The notes beneath the pieces were generated by a model, which was not told the origin of the DNA, ran no database searches, and was given only the letters and a program-made list of their open reading frames with translations. Position numbers and translations under genes: made by a program. A stretch of 64,000 nucleotides of DNA from Enoplolaimus lenunculus. Taxonomy: Eukaryota. The stretch is from NCBI GenBank assembly GCA_030248215.1, contig JASANG010001128.1, positions 62,001 through 126,000 on the forward strand, written 5' to 3'. This document shows, piece after piece, positions 59,823-64,000 of this stretch. The stretch's first letter is position 1. Every line of letters starts with the position of its first letter.

Positions 59823-61251
59823 TGCTGTAGCGGCATAGTTTAGTACATTTTTCTGAACTGAACAACTTTTCCTAAACAACAACAGTTTTCAATCGAATGA
59901 ACCAGTTGAACTTTTTTGAAACCTAAATTTGTTCTCTGGTTCATAGCAAAATATGGCCGCATGGGGGGACTAAGTCCGTTTTTGTACCCCCTCAGGAAAT
60001 TTTTAGGCCTTGAATGTGTGAAATCACGAACATGCCCCCCTTCATTTTTGGGTCCCATCTAACATGGGCGTCACCTAGATTGTGGTTAGCTTATTTGACT
60101 CTGCTAGGATTTAGGTATTAATAGTACTAAATTTGTCTGACTTATTCGAGGGGGCCATATCTGTCTGCCACCCCCATGTGGCTGCGTCCCAACTGTCTCA
60201 CATCTTGGTTCAGTTAAGGGCCTAATTTCTGGCCCGATTCTTTGAAAGTGTTGTTCTCAGAACAACGCTTTAGGTGTCTTCTAAACGTCTTCTGGTAATG
60301 ACACACTGGAACAGTTTCAAAATAAGGAACGGAGGGGGGGCAGGTGCACCCCTTTTAGAAATTGTTAAAAAATGATAAGGTCTCTACTTTACAATTTTTT
60401 TACTTTTGTGATACTAAAATTGCGTTTGGCTTCCGATTTACAATATATATATTGCACACTCTGGTCGATAAAATTTCGGATTTCTCAGCTGGTGGAAGAA
60501 ACACTTATACAAAGTTGTGTTGTTTTTGGAAGAGCAACGGTTTCTATTTCTTGTCTGTTTTCGAAACCTGTGTCAAGTTTGATTGGAACCGAAAAATTGG
60601 CTTTTTCTAAGTGTGCTTTCATTGGCTACCGGTTTAGAATTTAAACGAGCAACTGTATATTTTTCGGACGAAACTACTATTCTAACTATTCAAGTTAAAA
60701 ATGTTTCCTGATCAGACGCGTAGCCAGCTCGCCTTGATACGGGGAGGGGGGGCTAAAAAATTTTCGGGTGCGGCACAGAAGGTTTTTCAGTGATATGCAA
60801 GAAAGGTTGAAAAATTTCGCGGGCTCGAGCCAGAAGGGAGTTACGGGGGCTCAGCCCCCCTGGAAGAATTTTGCCGTCAGAAAAGTTTCAACCTTGCTTG
60901 TAAAGCGTCAACAAACCAAGAATGCCCGTACTGTAAAATTTTTAGCCACCTCAGCAAGGTGAGCTGGTTACGCGCTTGCTTTGAGGGATCCGGAAAATTT
61001 TCAGAGATGTCATATTTGTGAACCAATTTTGTATTTGCCGGGCCTAAACTTCAGCCTGGGTATGGAATATTTTGCCAGAAGTGAATTTACACTCTCATCA
61101 AGTTTATCTTGGCTCCTGGGCCCCACGACTCTAAGCCACCGTAATCCCATTAAATTTAACGATTATTTTTCACTGGGGAGTTCACTATGCCCCTACTAGT
61201 GTATTTTTCCAACTTTACCAGGTCGTGGCAGTCATATGACTTTGGTCCATT

Positions 61252-61414
61252 CAGGCCCGTAGCCAGCTCACCTTGCTAGAGGGAACCAATAAATCGTCAG
61301 AAGGGGCATTCAAGGGTTTTCAATGACTTATAAGCAAGGTTGAAATTTTTCTAGGGGGAGCCAAAATTTTTCCAGTGGGAGCTGAGCCCGCCCCGCCCCT
61401 TGGCTACGAACCCG
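61252..61414 (+). mobile_element. Family F hAT-like MITE
   Basis: TSD GGTCCATT/AGTCCATT. Confidence 0.86.
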
Positions 61415-61893
61415 AGTCCATTTACTATTTTAAAAATTTTAATTCCTTCTTCGACATCGAATACACTTCAATATATCAATTTCCTGAAAAAGGGAAATGT
61501 ATTTTATTCTTCGAAGTACACCAGTTTATTGGTTAGGCCAACAATCGGGCTGACAATTCTGGTTAAGTTCCTTCGGCTCAACTTTTGATATCGTTTGAAG
61601 AAAAATAGATCGAGTTGGCCAAATTTTGTAAATGGGTTAAAGGAAACTCTGGCAAAGTTAGAGTCATTTTCACAAATTTTTGAGTAGAATTTTTAATTTT
61701 TTTAATTCAAATTGTATATTTGAAACAATTTTTGAACAATAAACAAGAGATATATTATTTTATCTCGTGGTCATATCAAGAGAGACGACAAATCCTTTAG
61801 ATTTGCCGGGGTTTTGGATCCGGTTGAAACAGTGCTTTACTGAATAACCGTTTCATTTATGCCGATTTACGCTTTAAGGACCACTAGTTTAAC

Positions 61894-62138
61894 GGAATCT
61901 ACGGCAATTCGTCGCCCGATAACTTGTCGTCCACGGGTGTCCTCAAGCCAATAAATAAATCTTACCATATACCTATTGGTAATCTAAGCCTAAGCCTAAG
62001 TATAATCATGGGCGACAAATTGTCGAGTCGATGAAATTTCGGATTACAAGTTGTCGGTCGACGAGTTGTCGGTCTATGAGTTGTCTGTCGACGAGTTGTC
62101 GGTCGATCAGTTCTCGGTCGACGAATTATCGCGATACC
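61894..62138 (+). mobile_element. Family H GG-ended MITE with short GCCTAA run and TTGTCGGTCGACGA repeats
   Basis: GGAATC..CAATTCGTCG / CGACGAATT.TCGCGATACC; 8-bp TSD AGTTTAAC/AGTTTATT; copies at 36014-36183 and about 29870-29995. Confidence 0.7.
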
Positions 62139-62246
62139 AGTTTATTCTTTTCAAGCAAGAATAAATTTTTCAATTATTCGAAATCTGTGGCTAGAGAGAG
62201 GTATTAAGCATACACAAGTTTATCTTTAATTTTGATACGCTTAAAC

Positions 62247-62642
62247 CAGGGTACAACCGAAGTTCTACCTCCGGTTCCGGCCAAAAATAGACCTCCGGTT
62301 TTGGCAGAATTTCTGTCAGTGGTTCCGGCAATTTCTGCAGCGAAATTGTGAATAGTTTTACTAGGCTTGTTTGTTTAGTACGTTTAGGTTTTACTAGTTT
62401 TGGTACAATTTGAGGAAAAAGAATCGCTGAGATTTGGTAAATATAATTGTTAAAATTAGCAAATTAAGCATCATTTTAACTGCCTAATTTCGCCTCAGGT
62501 ACCTATTCATCTCTGGCTTCAGTAAATTTTGTTGACTTCCGGCCCTGGCAAATTTGGTTGATCTCCGGGCTCGGGCAATTTTTATAGACCTTCGGGCTTC
62601 GGTAAATTTTGTTGACCTTCCGGCTCCGGTATTTTACACCTT
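62247..62642 (+). mobile_element. Repeat rich in CCGG motifs, probably a MITE
   Basis: Reverse-complement similarity to about 16585-16930 (TTTAACTRCCTAATTTCGCCTCA; CCTTC-GGCTCC). Confidence 0.5.
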
Positions 62643-64000
62643 AGATTACTCCTTGGCTTAAACTAAAACTCACTACCACGTCAAACTCAAAGTTTCTATT
62701 TCATTTTTGCGTAAATCTTAAGCTGTTTTTGTGGCGTTTTTGCTGAGTCATAATTCTTAAAGTAAAGGAGATGCGACAGGTTCAATTCAATGACGGATCC
62801 AGAAATGCGAGCCAGAAGCCAAACGCAATTTTAGTTCTAAATTTTAAACACAGTATTTTGGTTTTGATAGCTGTTTTGGGGGGAGCTTAGTCGTGGGTGG
62901 CCGCCCCCTTGCGCCCGCTAGTGGTTACATTAGAAATGATACGATGGGATGACGTGTTTTAAGTGATCCAAAACGAAAGTAAACATCATTGAGTGAAACT
63001 ATTTTTTAAATTCTAGTTTTTGAGTAAGAAGATGTAAGTGAATACGTCCCTGCGTTTATTTTTACGATGAGTAGTAATCACTAGCGGGTCAAGAGGGTGG
63101 CGTATGCCCCCCGGCCCTGTCAGGATTTTTTTGTGATAAAGTGGTAACGTTCCTATCTTACAATTTTCTCCCTCAGAAAATTTTTTTAAATAACGCAATT
63201 TTTACGCTCAGAAATGTTTTTTGTGATAAAACCTTACATTTTCGTCGTTAGAAAATTTTTTGGTGATAAAATGATAAGGTTCCTACGTTACAATTTTTGC
63301 GTTTCATAAAACTTGCCAGCGCGCCCCTGCCGCCGTCAGAAATTGTTGGATCCGCCTTTGGGGTAGTAATCCTAGTTTTTTTAAAGCCGCCAAAATTTTT
63401 GCGGATTGTTGAGCCGAGCGGACCAGAAACTCGATCGTAAGAGGGCGCCGAATCCTAAATTTGAGACCGAATTTGAATCCATTGCTAATTTGCCGTGCCT
63501 GAACTTTTGGGTTTAGTAAACTTAAAATACAAAATTCAGTTGGGTTTAACTTCGGTACAGCGATCTTGGGTCCAAGATACATCCATGGATTGGCTAAAAA
63601 ATGTTCATTTTGAGTGGACGAAGTGAGCGATAAGATAGACGCATTCATTTTTTTGCATTCAAACTTCCATGATAAAAACTTTACTTTAAAATTAAGAGCG
63701 GAGTTGTGAAATTACTCCAGAAACACGGACCTTTTTTCAGTCGTTCCCACACAACTGTGGGCTCTTTGGGCTGGGGCGCCCAACACAGCTTGGCAGTTTG
63801 AAGAAAAATTCATTGGCGGATATTAAGCCATGTAGCCGTTGTACAGTTATTGCCCTACACTGGATTGATGCTACTGCTTGTTAAGATATACGTTTAAGCT
63901 GCTCAAATATTGACCCTGGGATGGGCCGTGCAAAACAGATAAGGGGGTATGTACTTGTTTCATTCCCCCACGCCGGTGTTAATTTGCTATAAGGCGAAAG

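Overview
Eukaryotic (animal) genomic DNA, AT-rich and very dense in short non-autonomous DNA transposons (MITEs). TTAGGC repeats and short TTTTAG/TTTCAG splice acceptors suggest a repeat-rich nematode genome, but that is inference. Main contents: (1) a multi-exon minus-strand BAR + RhoGAP gene (ARHGAP17/ARHGAP44/SH3BP1-like), assembled by hand from ATG at 13771 to beyond base 1; (2) a full-length 2172-bp piggyBac (30469-32640, TTAA TSD) nested in a MITE, whose transposase has one visible lesion, a frameshifting deletion that removes the first catalytic Asp; (3) a 5'-truncated CR1-type LINE; (4) a 2871-nt plus-strand exon encoding a disordered S/N/Q-rich protein with a 9-aa repeat; (5) about ten MITE families, often nested. 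Most unusual: about 30 GG-ended, 8-bp-TSD (Merlin-like) MITEs carrying oriented, variable telomeric TTAGGC arrays that seed minisatellites, and a TTAA-flanked piggyBac-type MITE family carrying a tRNA-like Pol III A/B-box module. Most short ORFs in the supplied track are repeat artefacts. No database search was possible, so superfamily calls rest on termini, TSDs and recalled protein motifs.
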